From: an uncultured Spirochaetota bacterium | GTDB lineage: Bacteria > Spirochaetota > Spirochaetia > SZUA-6 > Fen-1364 | Assembly (NCBI GenBank): GCA_963781885.1 | Contig: CAWAHW010000004.1 | Location: forward strand, 576,001 to 640,000 | DNA: 64,000 nucleotides | Reading direction: 5' to 3' | Translations under genes and position numbers: made by a program | Part shown: positions 20,792 to 33,278 of the stretch, one piece after another | Numbering within the stretch: the first letter of the stretch is position 1 | How the letters are laid out: each line of letters starts with the position of its first letter | Notes under the pieces: model-generated | Told to the model about the DNA's origin: nothing | The model's database searches: none | The model's input: only the letters and a program-made list of their open reading frames with translations

Positions 20792-22384
20792 ATGAAGCGC
20801 TTGTTCCTTGTCTTGGTCGTCTTGTCGGTCGCTCTCAGCCTGAGCGCGGCTCCACGCGAGGGTTACTTTGGACTGCCTTCAGGCGCCATCGATCACCTCG
20901 ACCCTGCTCTCGCGTACACGAACGCCTCGATGCGCATCGTCTTCGTCACCGCGACGCCCCTCGTCACCTTCAAGGATGCCGAAGGGGAGCAAGGGAAGCA
21001 GATCGTCGGAGGCCTGGCTGAATTGCCCGAGGTGTCCGCGGATGGCACGACGTATACTTTTACGCTGAAGAAAGGCATCAAGTTCGCCGATGGCACACCC
21101 ATCACGGGCGACGACGTGAAAGCCACCTTCGAGCGCCTTTTCGCGCCTGACCTCGCCTCCCCCGCGGCGGGATTCTTCAACGTCATTGCCGGTTCCGACG
21201 ACTTCGCCGCGGGAAAAGCCAAGTCCGTTTCCGGCATCACGGTCAACGGCAACAAGGTCATCTTCAAGCTGACGGGACCGGTCGGCTCCTTCCTCGTCCG
21301 CATGACCCTGCCGTTCACCTCCATCGTCCCGAAAAGCACGTCGACCAAGGTGATGGACAACGGCGAGCTTCTTACCACCGGGCCCTACAAGGTCGAGTCG
21401 TACGAGGTGAACCGCAAGCTCGTCCTCGTGCGCAACCCCAACTATCCGGTGGACGTGATGGGCCAGCGCGGGAACATGGACAGGATCGTCATCGACATGA
21501 ACATCGACCCTGCCCAGGCCGGCTTGATGGTCCGGGCCAACCAGCTCGACATGTTCCTGGATCGCATCGCTTCAACGGACGCTGCACAGGCTCTGAACGA
21601 TGCCACCCTCAAGAACCGGGTCTTCAAGAACCCGCAGGCAGCCATCCTCTACCTCTTCATGAACAACGACGTGCCGCCTTTCGACAATGTGAAGGTCCGC
21701 CAGGCGGTCAACTATGCCATCAACCGCAACGCCATCCTGCGCGTGTGGGGCGGGCCGAGCCAGGGCATGCCCACGGACCAGGTCCTGCCGCCAACAATGC
21801 CGGGCTGGAAAGATGTCAACATCTACCCGATGGGAGGCGACGTGGCAAAGGCAAAACAGCTGCTGGCCGATTCCGGCGTGAAACTGCCCATCGAGACGAC
21901 GATGCGGGTGCGCAACGATGCGCCCGGCTTCGTTGAGGTGGCGCAGGCTGTCCAGGAGCAGCTCAAGGCGGTGGGAATCAACGCCAAGATCGAGTCGGCA
22001 ATAGATTCCGTCAACACGGGAGTCATCCAGACCCGGGCCAGCCACGTGCCAATGGGAGTCAACGCCTGGTACCAGGACTATCCGGACCCTGACGATTTCA
22101 TCGACGTGCTGCTGGATGGGACGCGCATCACCGACACCAACAACCAGAATATCGCGTCATTCAACAATGCCGCTATCAGCAAGAAAATCGCCGCCCTTGC
22201 GGGGGTCACCGGAGCGCAGCGCTATGCGCGCTACAACGACCTGGACGTGGAAATCATCCGGGACTTCGCGCCCTGGGCTCCACTCCTCAACCCGACGCAG
22301 GTGGACCTGATCTCGCAGCGCGTGAGCGGCTACGTGTATCATCCCGTGTACGGGGCCGATCTGACGACCATGACGGTCAAGTGA
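20792..22384 (+). CDS. oppA: Family 5 (OppA/DppA-like) substrate-binding protein
   Basis: Signal peptide; LDPA, SADGTTYTFTLKKGIKFADGTPIT..DV, TGPY, PFDNVKVRQAVNYAINR, WYQDYPDP. Confidence 0.9.
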   Translation: MKRLFLVLVVLSVALSLSAAPREGYFGLPSGAIDHLDPALAYTNASMRIVFVTATPLVTFKDAEGEQGKQIVGGLAELPEVSADGTTYTFTLKKGIKFADGTPITGDDVKATFERLFAPDLASPAAGFFNVIAGSDDFAAGKAKSVSGITVNGNKVIFKLTGPVGSFLVRMTLPFTSIVPKSTSTKVMDNGELLTTGPYKVESYEVNRKLVLVRNPNYPVDVMGQRGNMDRIVIDMNIDPAQAGLMVRANQLDMFLDRIASTDAAQALNDATLKNRVFKNPQAAILYLFMNNDVPPFDNVKVRQAVNYAINRNAILRVWGGPSQGMPTDQVLPPTMPGWKDVNIYPMGGDVAKAKQLLADSGVKLPIETTMRVRNDAPGFVEVAQAVQEQLKAVGINAKIESAIDSVNTGVIQTRASHVPMGVNAWYQDYPDPDDFIDVLLDGTRITDTNNQNIASFNNAAISKKIAALAGVTGAQRYARYNDLDVEIIRDFAPWAPLLNPTQVDLISQRVSGYVYHPVYGADLTTMTVK

Positions 22385-22416
22385 GCACGCCGCATCATGA
22401 TCCGTTTTGTATTCAC

Positions 22417-22446
22417 ACCATCGCCGGACACCAGTCCGGCGATGGT
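22417..22446 (+). terminator. 13-bp perfect stem-loop just after oppA (intercistronic stabiliser or attenuator)
   Basis: ACCATCGCCGGAC-ACCA-GTCCGGCGATGGT, no U-tract. Confidence 0.55.
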
Positions 22447-22460
22447 CACGAGGCAACGTG

Positions 22461-23486
22461 ATGGCGCTCCTTGAAGTCCTCAACCTCCGCACCTCATTCG
22501 CGACGGAAGACGGCGTCGTCCGCGCGGTGGATGGCGTCTCGTTCTCCATCGAGCGCGGCAAAGTCCTTGGCATCGTCGGCGAGTCTGGATCCGGCAAATC
22601 CGTGACCTGCCTGACCATGGTGGGGCTGATCCCGAAGCGGAGCACGCACGTCTCCGGTCAGGCACTCTTCAAGGGGCGCGATCTGCTGCAAATGAAACCC
22701 CGCGAGCTGCGGCAGATCCGCGGCCGCGACATCGCCATGATCTTCCAGGACCCGATGACCTCTTTGAACCCGGTCCTGACCGTCGGGGCACAGTTGATCG
22801 AGGCCATCCAGCTCCATCGAAAAATGCCTCACCGGCTCGGCCGGGGACCGATGCCGTGACATGCTGGCCGACGTTGGCATCCCGAACCCGGCTGAGCGCC
22901 TGACGAGCTATCCTTTCGAGCTGTCCGGCGGCATGCGCCAGAGGGTCATGATTGCCATGGGCCTCTTGAACAATCCTGACCTTCTGGTGGCAGATGAGCC
23001 AACGACGGCACTCGACGTCACGACCCAGGCGCAGATCCTGTCCCTGATCAAGCGTCTGCGGACAGAGTTCGACTCGGCGATCATTCTCATCACCCACGAC
23101 CTCGGCGTTGTCGCGGAGACGTGCGACAACGTCCTGGTGATGTATGCCGGCCAGGTGGCCGAACAAGGACCAGTGGACTCCATCTTCGATCGTCCCTCCC
23201 ACCCGTACACCTGGGGCCTCATGGGCTGCCTGCCCCGCCTCAACTTCGGAGCCAGTCGGCTTCGCAGCATTCCGGGCAGCCCTCCGTCACTGCTCCAGCC
23301 CCCCCCCGGCTGCAGTTTTCATCCGCGCTGCCCTTACGCGATGCCCATCTGCGGTCACGCGCGCCCCGTATTGGAGCAGGTCGAATCCGGTTTCGGCCCG
23401 CACTTCACCGCCTGCCACCTGGAGCCGGCGTTCCGCCTCAAGGAATCGAACCGGCTCTTCGGCGAGCCGGGAGCGGGGGCCGCGGG

Positions 23487-23490
<4 letters not shown>
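22461..23490 (+). CDS. oppD: Oligopeptide ABC ATPase OppD-like (apparent frameshift at about 22845)
   Basis: GESGSGKS and [11 protein letters not shown] lie in ORF 22407..22859; [21 protein letters not shown] and HPYT lie in ORF 22861..23490. Confidence 0.85.
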
Positions 23491-24507
<1,017 letters not shown>

Positions 24508-24569
24508 GCCAGCGTCGTTCCCGGCCGGGCTTCTGGGGACTCCACCGCTCGCCTGGCCAGGGCGGCCCT

Positions 24570-27500
24570 CTACCGATCCAGCACCTCGCGGACCTTCTCG
24601 AGCAGCCGGTCGGCGTTGAACGGTTTCTGGATGATGTCGACATCCGCATCGAGTATCCCCTTGTGCACGATCGAGTTCGCCGTGTACCCCGACATGTAGA
24701 GGATGCGCGCGGCGGGATGAAGCTCACGAATGTGACGCGCGAGCTCCGGGCCGTTCATTCCCGGCATCGCCACGTCCGTGAGGAGCAGGTGAATCGGACG
24801 ATGGTCTGAAGATACGTCCGTGATGGCTTCGAGACCGTCCTGCGCCTCCCTCACCGTGTACCCAGCATTGCGCAGGGCAATGCCCACGAAGCTGCGGATG
24901 GCTTTTTCGTCCTCCACAAGCAGGATGTTCTCCGTGCCAAGGAATGGCTTTGACTTTTCGGCCCGCGGCGTTTCCACGGTCGTACGCTGAGAGACGCGGG
25001 GAAAGTACACACGGAAACTCGCTCCCGCTCCCTTTTCGCTGGAGCAGAAGATGTAGCCCCCGCTTTGCTTGACAATGCCATAGACGGTCGCCAGGCCTAG
25101 GCCGGTGCCCTTCCCCATTTCCTTCGTCGTGAAAAACGGCTCGAAAACCCGAGAGAGGGTCTCGCGGTCCATTCCTTCTCCCGTATCGCTCACGGCAAGC
25201 ATCACGTACTCGCCCGCCGCCATCTCGGGGTGCTCACGCACATCGGTGTCGTCGAGCACGCGGTTGGCGGTTTCCATCGTGAGCTTGCCGCCATTGGGCA
25301 TGGCGTCTCGCGCGTTCGCGGCCAGATTCATCATGACCTGCTCGATCTGGACCGGGTCGGCCTTGATATTCCCTACCTCGGGAGGAAGGAAGGTCTTCAG
25401 CAGGACATCCTCGCCGACGAGCCGCGCAAGCATGCTCTCCGCGCCTCGCACCACCTCATTCACGCTGATGATGCGGGGCTGGAGCACCTGCTTGCGGCTG
25501 AAGGCGAGCAGCTGGGCAGTGAGCCTCCCCGCCCGGCCCGCGGCGGCTCTCATCTCCTCCACATTCTTTCGCACAGGGTCGTTCTCCGGGAGACCGTCTT
25601 CCGTCAGATCCGCGTATCCCTCGATAATGGTGAGAACATTGTTGAAATCATGGGCGATTCCCCCTGCGAGCCTCCCCACCGCCTCCAGCTTTTGCGCCTG
25701 CCGGAGCTGTTCCTCGGCCCTTCTCAAGGCCTCTTCTGTTTTCCGCATTTCCGTCAGGTCGAGCATCAGACCGAAGGTGCCGGCGAAAGATCCGTCGCCG
25801 GCCAGCTGCGGAGTGGCCGTCACTTGAATGCGCCTCATCGTACCATCAGGTCGGCAGATCTCGGTCTCGTAGCGGCTGGTCTCCCCCCGCCTCCGTTTTT
25901 CGGTCTCTTGCAGGATTGCGGCGAAATTTTCCCGGCTCAAGTATTCGCGAAGGTTCCTGCCGGTGACATCGATCGCGGAACCTTCGAGGATTGTCTCCGC
26001 CATGGGATTTGCGAAAACAATCCTCTCCTGGGGATCGACGATCATGATCCCTTCCCCGAGGTTCTCAACCAGGGACCGATACCGTTCCTTACTTTCGCGG
26101 AGAGCGTCGGCCACGACTCGAACCATCCGCAGCTGACGGCTTCTGTACAGGAACGCGAGAAGCGCCACGCCCACGACAAGCGTCGCCGCCAGCGCATAGA
26201 ACCACCAGGCCTCCCACCACGGTGAGGTGACAAAGACGCGAAGGGAAACACCCTCTTCGTTCCAGACCCCGTCGTTGTTCGAACCGGTGATCCGCAGGGT
26301 GTAGGCGCCGCCGCGCAGGCCGCTGTACCTCCCGTAACGCCGATTGCCGGCCTCGTACCAGTCCTTGTCGAGCCCGACCAGCATGTACTTGTACTGGTTT
26401 CTCGATGGATTCGTGAAGTTCAGGGAGGCATATTCGAACTCGAAGTAGTTGTGCCTCCAGTCGAGCGAGAGCGCATTCACCCGTTCGGGCGCTTTTCCCA
26501 GCACCATGGGATCGCCACTTTGACTCAAGGCTGTTATCTTCACGGGCGGGACGAAGGTGTTCATTCCCACCTCCTCCGGTCGAAAGCTCACCAATCCCCT
26601 GGATGAGCCGAACCACAGCTTGCCCGATGCGTCTCGCACGGCGCCTCGGATGAAAAGATCGCTTGGCAGGCCGTCGCTCATGCGGAAAGCCCTGACGATT
26701 CGCGTCCGGGGATCGAACCGGATCAACCCGCTGCCGTTGCTCGATCCCATCCAGAGATCCCCGTCATTGTCTTCCAGGATGGACATGACCCCGCTCACCG
26801 GGTAGCCCGTTGCCAGAGTGTAGCGGGTGAACCTCCCCGATGCCCGGTCGAGCATGTCGAACCCGGTGACGGTTCCGACCCATATACGGCCGGCAGAATC
26901 CTCGAAGACGGTGTTGACCAAATTCGAATCGATCGTGGAAAAATCGTCGGCGCGGGAGGTGTAATGGATGTAGCGCTCCGTGCGCGGATCCAGCCTGTCG
27001 AGACCTCCGCCCATGGTGGGCAGCCAGAGAATCCCTTCGGTATCCCGGCATATCATCTGCACGTTGTCATTGCTCACGCTGTCGGTCGTGTGAGGATCGT
27101 GGGGAAAATGGGCGAATTGCCCGGTCTTTTTATCGTAGCGCTCGATGCCGGCGCCGAGCGTTGCAAGCCAGAGAAAATCAGGATTGAAATTGTCCTCGAT
27201 AATCGCGCTGATCTGTGTCGCGCGAGCGGATATGCCGGCGGGATCGCGGGAAAGAGTCCTCGTGAACCTGCCCGTGTTCCGGTCGAGCAGATGCAGGGCG
27301 GTCGGCAGGGTCGTGCCCAGCCAGATGTTCCTCGCACGGTCTTCCAGCAGAGCCGTGCAATAGGAATCCGTGAAATAGCCGCGAAACTTTCCGGTGGCTC
27401 TGTCATAGAGGGTCAAACCGGTGGGAAATGAGCTGATCCAGAGGTTCTGATTGCCATCGAGAAGGAGGTTCGCAATGATTGCATTCGGAAGGGCGTCAAG

Positions 27501-28619
27501 CGGGTATGAGAGGAACCGGGACGAGTGGGGATCCAGCTTGTCCACAGGTCCTGCCACATTGACCAGCCAGAGTATCCCCGAACGGTCTTCCATGGTTCTG
27601 ATGATGTAATTCGAGCTTGGACTGGACTTATCGGCGGGATCGCTCAGGAAATTCAGGAAAGTGCCGGCATGGGGATCGAAGGCAGTCAGGCCGGCCCGGT
27701 GATCCAGGTGGCTGATCCAGATCGTTCCATTCGCGTCCTGTGTCAGGCTCATGACCCGGTTGCTTGTCAGGCTGTTGGGATTGGCGGGATCGTGCGCGTA
27801 CCTCGTGAATGTCCCGTCAGTGGCGCTGAATTTCAGCAGGCCTTTGTCCGTGCCCACCCATACGACGCCATCCCGATCCTCCAGCAGCGTGTACACCACG
27901 TTGCTCGCAAGGCTTCCCGGTTCTTGTGGATCATGGCGAAAATGGGTGAAAACACCGGTGGCTTTCGCGCGCACGTCCAGGCCGCTGCCATTTGTGCCGA
28001 TCCAGACGTTGCCCGCATGATCCACCATGACGGCGTGGACATCGTTGCCCGCAAGGCTCATCGGATCGGCGGGATCGTGCAGATAGCGCGTGAAGGTGCC
28101 CGTCCTCCTGTCCAGTGCGTTCAACCCATCCTGGGTGCCGATCCAGAGCAGGCCATTGTCGCCTTCGGCGATTGTTCCGGTTGCATAGGAAGTGCCTTTA
28201 TCGCTGCTGATGCTTTTCGGGTTGTTGGGATCATTGGTGAATCTTGTGAAGGAATCCGTCCCCTTGTCGTAGCGCACCAAGCCGCTGGAAGCGGTCTGTA
28301 TCCAGATCAACCCGTCGCGATCCTCGTACAGAGCGTATATGCCGGAGTCGGGAAATGGGTTCTCACCCCCCGCCTTGTAGATTTTCTGATCGTACCCGTC
28401 GAAACGGATGAGACCCTGACCGATCGTCCCGATCCAGAGAAAACCATCGCGATCCTGGATGATCGCCCCGCTGTTTTGGGCAGTCGTGGTGGTGACGGCG
28501 CGCTCGAATAACGGGGGATCCTGCGCCGGAAATCCGATCAGAGGCGCTGCGTTTACGACAATGCTGAAGTGGAAGAGCACCAGAAAGAACGGAAGCGCTC
28601 GAGGGGCCGGAAAAACCAC
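24570..28619 (-). CDS. Hybrid sensor histidine kinase: Reg_prop beta-propellers, Y_Y_Y, TM, PAS, HisKA/HATPase and REC
   Basis: Many D..G.LWIGT..GL repeats, [62 protein letters not shown]. Confidence 0.93.
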   Translation of the reverse strand: MVFPAPRALPFFLVLFHFSIVVNAAPLIGFPAQDPPLFERAVTTTTAQNSGAIIQDRDGFLWIGTIGQGLIRFDGYDQKIYKAGGENPFPDSGIYALYEDRDGLIWIQTASSGLVRYDKGTDSFTRFTNDPNNPKSISSDKGTSYATGTIAEGDNGLLWIGTQDGLNALDRRTGTFTRYLHDPADPMSLAGNDVHAVMVDHAGNVWIGTNGSGLDVRAKATGVFTHFRHDPQEPGSLASNVVYTLLEDRDGVVWVGTDKGLLKFSATDGTFTRYAHDPANPNSLTSNRVMSLTQDANGTIWISHLDHRAGLTAFDPHAGTFLNFLSDPADKSSPSSNYIIRTMEDRSGILWLVNVAGPVDKLDPHSSRFLSYPLDALPNAIIANLLLDGNQNLWISSFPTGLTLYDRATGKFRGYFTDSYCTALLEDRARNIWLGTTLPTALHLLDRNTGRFTRTLSRDPAGISARATQISAIIEDNFNPDFLWLATLGAGIERYDKKTGQFAHFPHDPHTTDSVSNDNVQMICRDTEGILWLPTMGGGLDRLDPRTERYIHYTSRADDFSTIDSNLVNTVFEDSAGRIWVGTVTGFDMLDRASGRFTRYTLATGYPVSGVMSILEDNDGDLWMGSSNGSGLIRFDPRTRIVRAFRMSDGLPSDLFIRGAVRDASGKLWFGSSRGLVSFRPEEVGMNTFVPPVKITALSQSGDPMVLGKAPERVNALSLDWRHNYFEFEYASLNFTNPSRNQYKYMLVGLDKDWYEAGNRRYGRYSGLRGGAYTLRITGSNNDGVWNEEGVSLRVFVTSPWWEAWWFYALAATLVVGVALLAFLYRSRQLRMVRVVADALRESKERYRSLVENLGEGIMIVDPQERIVFANPMAETILEGSAIDVTGRNLREYLSRENFAAILQETEKRRRGETSRYETEICRPDGTMRRIQVTATPQLAGDGSFAGTFGLMLDLTEMRKTEEALRRAEEQLRQAQKLEAVGRLAGGIAHDFNNVLTIIEGYADLTEDGLPENDPVRKNVEEMRAAAGRAGRLTAQLLAFSRKQVLQPRIISVNEVVRGAESMLARLVGEDVLLKTFLPPEVGNIKADPVQIEQVMMNLAANARDAMPNGGKLTMETANRVLDDTDVREHPEMAAGEYVMLAVSDTGEGMDRETLSRVFEPFFTTKEMGKGTGLGLATVYGIVKQSGGYIFCSSEKGAGASFRVYFPRVSQRTTVETPRAEKSKPFLGTENILLVEDEKAIRSFVGIALRNAGYTVREAQDGLEAITDVSSDHRPIHLLLTDVAMPGMNGPELARHIRELHPAARILYMSGYTANSIVHKGILDADVDIIQKPFNADRLLEKVREVLDR

Positions 28620-28694
28620 GAAGGACTCCTTGTGCGTTGGTAGTGGGCCACGTCCGTGCTCGCGGAAAAGTATAGGGCAGCCGTTGGAGAGAAG

Positions 28695-29591
28695 TCAATC
28701 CGAAACATGACTCGTCCGCGGAGATCGTGCGCCCTCGCCGTCGCGGCCGAGCGCCGCCGTCACGTGAAAGATTCGCCTTTTGAGAGGATCCATCAGCCGG
28801 CGGGGCATGATGGCCATGAAGAGCAGCAGGAACCGGGCTGCCAGCGGCGTCACGTACCGCGGCCGAGGCCGTGGCGACTCGATGATGCGGCGAACGAGCC
28901 GCGCCACCGCCAACGCCGGCACGGAGCGCATCAGAAACAGCGGGCTGTACCCGTTGTCGCGTAACCAGCGATTGGCCGCGGCGAATGGTGAGGCAAGGGG
29001 CGGGGCCTCCCGGCGCTCGTCTACTGCCCTGGCGTGAAAGGACGATTCCACCGAGCCCGGCTCCAGAAGCACCACGCGCACACCCAGGACCGCAAGCTCC
29101 ACTCGCATGGTCTCTGTGAGGGAGCCGACTGCTGCCTTTACGGCTCCATATGTGCCCATCCACGGCGCCGTCATGCGCCCCATGATCGAACCGACGTTGA
29201 CCACGACGCCCCGGCTTTCAATAAGCTGCGGGAGAAACGCGCGGGTTACGTCGAGCAGCCCGAAGAAGCTCGCCGCGAACTGCTCCCTGACCTGTTTGGT
29301 GGTGACATCAACAAAAAAACCCGCCTGGCCATAGCCGGCATTGTTCATCACGGCATCGATGCCGCCAAACCGACGCCTCACTTCGTCCGCAACAGATGCA
29401 ACCTCGGACTGATCGGTGACATCGAGGTGCAGGGCGTGCAAGGCCCAGCACTTTTCGCGCGCCAGGTCATCGAGCTCGGCAAGGGCAGCACTGTTCCGCC
29501 CCGTTGCGATGACGGTGTGCCCCCGAGCCGCCAGATGCTCCGCGCACGCGCGCCCGATCCCTGAGGTTGCCCCGGTGATAAGTACTCGCAT
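28695..29591 (-). CDS. Short-chain dehydrogenase/reductase
   Basis: LITGATSGIG, NNAG, YGAVK (YxxxK), EPG. Confidence 0.9.
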   Translation of the reverse strand: MRVLITGATSGIGRACAEHLAARGHTVIATGRNSAALAELDDLAREKCWALHALHLDVTDQSEVASVADEVRRRFGGIDAVMNNAGYGQAGFFVDVTTKQVREQFAASFFGLLDVTRAFLPQLIESRGVVVNVGSIMGRMTAPWMGTYGAVKAAVGSLTETMRVELAVLGVRVVLLEPGSVESSFHARAVDERREAPPLASPFAAANRWLRDNGYSPLFLMRSVPALAVARLVRRIIESPRPRPRYVTPLAARFLLLFMAIMPRRLMDPLKRRIFHVTAALGRDGEGARSPRTSHVSD

Positions 29592-29673
29592 GACGAGAAT
29601 ATATCCGTGCCAGCGGCGGCGTGCAAAGAACGGCACGGCGCCACGGGTTGTCAGTGCAACGAGGCCGGCAGGC

Positions 29674-30405
29674 TCATGGCTTCGTCGAAAGGAAAAGCTG
29701 CTGGACATCCAGGGCGGTCATGCCGTGCGGCCGGTCGACTGTCTCCAAACGGATCCTTGTGCTGCCGGGGTCGTACATCTTAAAGCGAGCGATAATCCGG
29801 GCGTTGTCCAGGACCGTATCCCGACCGCCCAGCGAAACTCTCACCGGCGCGCCTTCTGCCAGGAGAAAATCGAGCAGCCCGTCGACCGCGCGCATGTAGC
29901 GGTCCGTGGAGGGGAAGAGAATCCCGGCCACGGCGGCGCGAAAACCTTTCGGGAGCACGTTTCCACCCAGCATGGGGGAAGCGAAAGTGAGCGATCGTAT
30001 CCGGCGCCACGACTCCCTCGGCAGATCCATCAGGCCCATCGCGCCGGCGGAATAGACCACCAGATCCACGGGCGCGTGCGAGGCCAGGAGTGCATGCTCC
30101 AGGTATCGGCGGTATCCCGCCCAGCTTCCGGAGGGCGTCGGCGCATAGACCTGCCCGCACGCCGTCTCGCGGTCCTGCTGACGGAAGAACTCATCGAGCG
30201 TGGCACCCGTCGAGTTCGCGAGCCTGTTCGGACCCTCGGGGATGCCGGTGACGATCAGGAGTGTCCTCGTTGTCTCCTCGCTTCGGTAATTTGCGGAAGC
30301 GAAGAAATGGTTGGCCGCATCGAGATCAGCGTTGGACGGCAACAGGGGAGCCGTCGTGCAGGCAGCCAGCAGGGTCGCGGCCGCCACGAGGAGCAGCCGG
30401 GGCAT
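29674..30405 (-). CDS. Hypothetical lipoprotein, possible alpha/beta-hydrolase
   Basis: MPRLLLVAAATLLAAC lipobox; VVYSAGAMG elbow-like Ser, GGRD and PHG in the triad order Ser-Asp-His. Confidence 0.5.
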   Translation of the reverse strand: MPRLLLVAAATLLAACTTAPLLPSNADLDAANHFFASANYRSEETTRTLLIVTGIPEGPNRLANSTGATLDEFFRQQDRETACGQVYAPTPSGSWAGYRRYLEHALLASHAPVDLVVYSAGAMGLMDLPRESWRRIRSLTFASPMLGGNVLPKGFRAAVAGILFPSTDRYMRAVDGLLDFLLAEGAPVRVSLGGRDTVLDNARIIARFKMYDPGSTRIRLETVDRPHGMTALDVQQLFLSTKP

Positions 30406-30693
30406 GAGTCTTCGATAGAGGCCAACAAGGGTCCGGCCTGCCAGGTGCCTGGCGGGGAAGGTCGCGATGCGCATGCATCGATCCTATCGTGCGTCGAGGA
30501 AGGATTCCACCGCCAATCGCCAGGCAAAGGAACGGTCGGCCGCCGTGGAGGCCGCCGGCTCCCGTATCGCGCAGCTCCTTGAGGCGAGCCGCCGCGCCGT
30601 GCGACAGGTGAAGCGGGGACGTCAGCGTCTCGATGTGCCCGTGCCGTTGCACATTGCGTGGCTTGGCGGTACCCTGCACGGTCAGAGGTGACC

Positions 30694-30981
30694 ATGATCA
30701 TCGACAACAACGAGCTGGAGAAACAGGAGCTGGAAGCATTCCGCAGGGGCGACCGGGAAAGGAGTCAGGAGCTTCAGAAGCAGTTTCTCGCGGAATTGCA
30801 CGCCTCAGGTGAGGACCACTGCTCCTGCACGGAGAATTGTCCCCACCATGGGAACTGCGTGGATTGCGTGGTCATCCATCGCGGCCACCAGGACCACCTT
30901 CCCAACTGCTTCCACCCCATGGTGAACCGCAGGCTCGCGGTGATCTCAGAGCTCACCGAGCACACATTCAATCGGGCCTGA
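30694..30981 (+). CDS. Small Cys/His-rich metal-binding protein
   Basis: GAGG RBS; HCSC..NCPHHGNCVDCVVIHRGH.DHLPNCF. Confidence 0.7.
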   Translation: MIIDNNELEKQELEAFRRGDRERSQELQKQFLAELHASGEDHCSCTENCPHHGNCVDCVVIHRGHQDHLPNCFHPMVNRRLAVISELTEHTFNRA

Positions 30982-31191
30982 TGCGACGCGCGCCTGGCTG
31001 CGCGTCCGACCCGCCTTCGCTTCCCGACCGCCTGTGTGCAGACTGCGCGGGCACAGCGGCCGCGTGGAAGGCCTCCCTGCCTGGCCTGCGCGCTGTTCTC
31101 ATCGAGAAAGCACGGACCCCGGGAGTCCCGCCGGCCGATGCGGGTTTGGCACGTCACGAGTCAGGGACGAGACGGCAAGCCGGCAAGACAG

Positions 31192-32790
31192 CTACGGCAT
31201 TGTGAACAAAAACTGATATACGCTTGAGATGTGATCTGAGGACGCTTCCTCCGGAATCGCATCAGATGCAAAGTATTGACCGGTACCGTCGACTATCCGC
31301 ACGACGAAGGCAATGGAGCATTGGCTCGGCGGAGAGCCATGGAACAGGCTTGCGAGAGGAACCCGCGATTCAAAACAACCCACTCCACAGGCAAGGTCGC
31401 CAGTCACCCAATGAAAGTTTGACGGATAAGGACCGGTCTCGCGCCATCCAGCCGTATCGCTCGTGGAGTTGGACACGCTTGCCATACCCACCGTTCCCAC
31501 CGCCCAGGCCGCCGAAAATGAGTCTGGCTGCGTGACAGGGTTTGCGCTGACTGCATTGTCCAGCAATCCTGTATTATCGGTAAAGCTGGAAATCATGACA
31601 CCACCTGTGTGACTCGCATCGTAGTTGGTGTCAATATAGACGACAATCGCATTTGGAGATGTAACGGTGCCGCTGATCGCAACGTACAAATTGGAATCAT
31701 CATATGCCAGATATAGAGCATGAAGGCTATTCGGAGAAGATACGGAGTCCCAGGAGTGAGCTCCAGAGTAGGTGGCTGCCGCATTCCAACCTGCGTCTAT
31801 GGAACCATCTATGATCGGAGTTCGCCTGAAGCTATTCACCCACTTGGCGTACAAGGTCATGTCCGCCGTCACCGTGTCGCTTGCGAAACTCCAGGAGTTC
31901 GTGCATCCAGATTCCTTGTACCAGCCGCTGAAAGTGCAGCCGGAACGCGTGGGTGGTGTTGGTGCTGATACCTTGCTGCCATAGTCAACGGCCTGGGCAC
32001 TTACCGAGCTGCCTCCCTGGGAATCGAATGTTACAGTACAGGAAATCACTGTCCATTTTGCATACAGGGTCACATCCGCCGTTACCGTGTCGCTCGCGAA
32101 ACTCCACGCATTCGTGCATCCCGATTCCTTATACCAGCCACCAAATGTATGGCCTGCCCACGTCGGCAAGATCGGCGCCGCTGCCAGACCGCTATCGTTG
32201 ACTATCTGGGGACTGACAGAGCTGCCGCCCTGGGAATTGAATGTTACAGTGTGGGCGTTCGCGATCCATTTTGCATACAGGGTTACATCCGCTGTCACCG
32301 TATCGCTTGCGAAGCTCCACGCATTCGTGCATCCCGATTCCTTGTACCAGCCGCTGAAAGCGTATCCCGTCCTCGTCGGCGAAGCCGGCGCCGTTACTTT
32401 GGAGCCATAATCCACATTCTGGGGGCTTACCGCGCTGCCCCCCAGGGAGTCGAATGTAACGGTACAGGAGTTCGCGGTCCATTCGGCATACAGGATCATG
32501 TCGGCGGTTCCCATCGAGAAAGTCGCCCCGGCTGAATAGCTGGTGCCGCTCTGGTCTGGCTTGGTGTTCCAGCCGGTAAAAGAATATCCTGTTCTGCTGA
32601 GGCTGTTGGCGTTGCCCATGGCGATGACCGTGGCACCTGGTTGATAGCGGTTGGTGTCCGCCGGAACGCTTCCGCCAGTCGCTCCGTTGTAATTGTAGAT
32701 CACGGTGTATGTCGAGGCATTGGGATTGGGGCATGCAAGAAGCAATCCCAGATACGACAGGACAGCGAGAACGATCACAACTCTCTTCAT
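31192..32790 (-). CDS. Lipoprotein with InlB B-repeats (Listeria-Bacteroides repeats) and a C-terminal CBM9/DOMON-like domain
   Basis: MKRVVIVLAVLSYLGLLLAC lipobox; four TVTF...GG....P.R.GY.F.GW...LYAKW repeats; PIIDGSID.GW...LAYDDSNLYVA. Confidence 0.85.
   Translation of the reverse strand: MKRVVIVLAVLSYLGLLLACPNPNASTYTVIYNYNGATGGSVPADTNRYQPGATVIAMGNANSLSRTGYSFTGWNTKPDQSGTSYSAGATFSMGTADMILYAEWTANSCTVTFDSLGGSAVSPQNVDYGSKVTAPASPTRTGYAFSGWYKESGCTNAWSFASDTVTADVTLYAKWIANAHTVTFNSQGGSSVSPQIVNDSGLAAAPILPTWAGHTFGGWYKESGCTNAWSFASDTVTADVTLYAKWTVISCTVTFDSQGGSSVSAQAVDYGSKVSAPTPPTRSGCTFSGWYKESGCTNSWSFASDTVTADMTLYAKWVNSFRRTPIIDGSIDAGWNAAATYSGAHSWDSVSSPNSLHALYLAYDDSNLYVAISGTVTSPNAIVVYIDTNYDASHTGGVMISSFTDNTGLLDNAVSANPVTQPDSFSAAWAVGTVGMASVSNSTSDTAGWRETGPYPSNFHWVTGDLACGVGCFESRVPLASLFHGSPPSQCSIAFVVRIVDGTGQYFASDAIPEEASSDHISSVYQFLFTMP
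31845..32465. repeat. Three near-identical 213-bp coding repeats (71 aa) within the InlB-repeat gene
   Basis: TCGCT(T/C)GCGAA(A/G)CTCCA... starts at 31877, 32090 and 32303. Confidence 0.85.
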
Positions 32791-32869
32791 GCTACGTCTC
32801 TCCATCCAACTTTTCCTGGAGCAGCCAACGTTCCTTGTAGCACGACCGGTTCCTGTTGTCAAAACATTT

Positions 32870-33129
32870 TCCTGTCCGTCAGCGTGGTTGCCATCGATGG
32901 GTTCGGGCTCGCCCAGAAGCTCGCGGAGAAGCTCTCCGGAAGCTACCGCATCGTGCAGGCGCCTCTGGTGGTGCGCGATGTCGCGCTCAAGGAGATGCTC
33001 GTGAGGGAGCCGGGCGTCGCGCACGTGCTCGCCGACGTGGCGACCGTGCACCTGGCCCTGTTCGGAATCGGGACGAACCTGTCCGCCGTCAGCTCGCTCG
33101 CCATCGCCATGTCCCTCATCGGCGCGTAG
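32870..33129 (+). pseudogene. Fragment of a SorC/LsrR/DeoR-type sugar-binding transcriptional regulator
   Basis: LAQKLAEKLSGSYRIVQAPLVVRD..LKEMLVREPGVAHVL......LALFGIG matches the middle of the sugar-binding domain; no HTH and no good start. Confidence 0.6.
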
Positions 33130-33207
33130 ACGGAGCGCTTTGCGGGAGCCGTCGGGCCGGTGGAAGTGCACGCCGATTCGGTATTAAGGGTGAAAGGTGA
33201 ACCAGCC

Positions 33208-33239
33208 TGGCGAGGAGCTCCTCTCGGAGCTCCTCGCCA
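33208..33239. terminator. 13-bp stem-loop between convergent genes
   Basis: TGGCGAGGAGCTC-CTCTCG-GAGCTCCTCGCCA. Confidence 0.55.
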
Positions 33240-33278
33240 ATCACCATTCGTTTCCTCGAAACGCGGTTCCGGCGGGCG

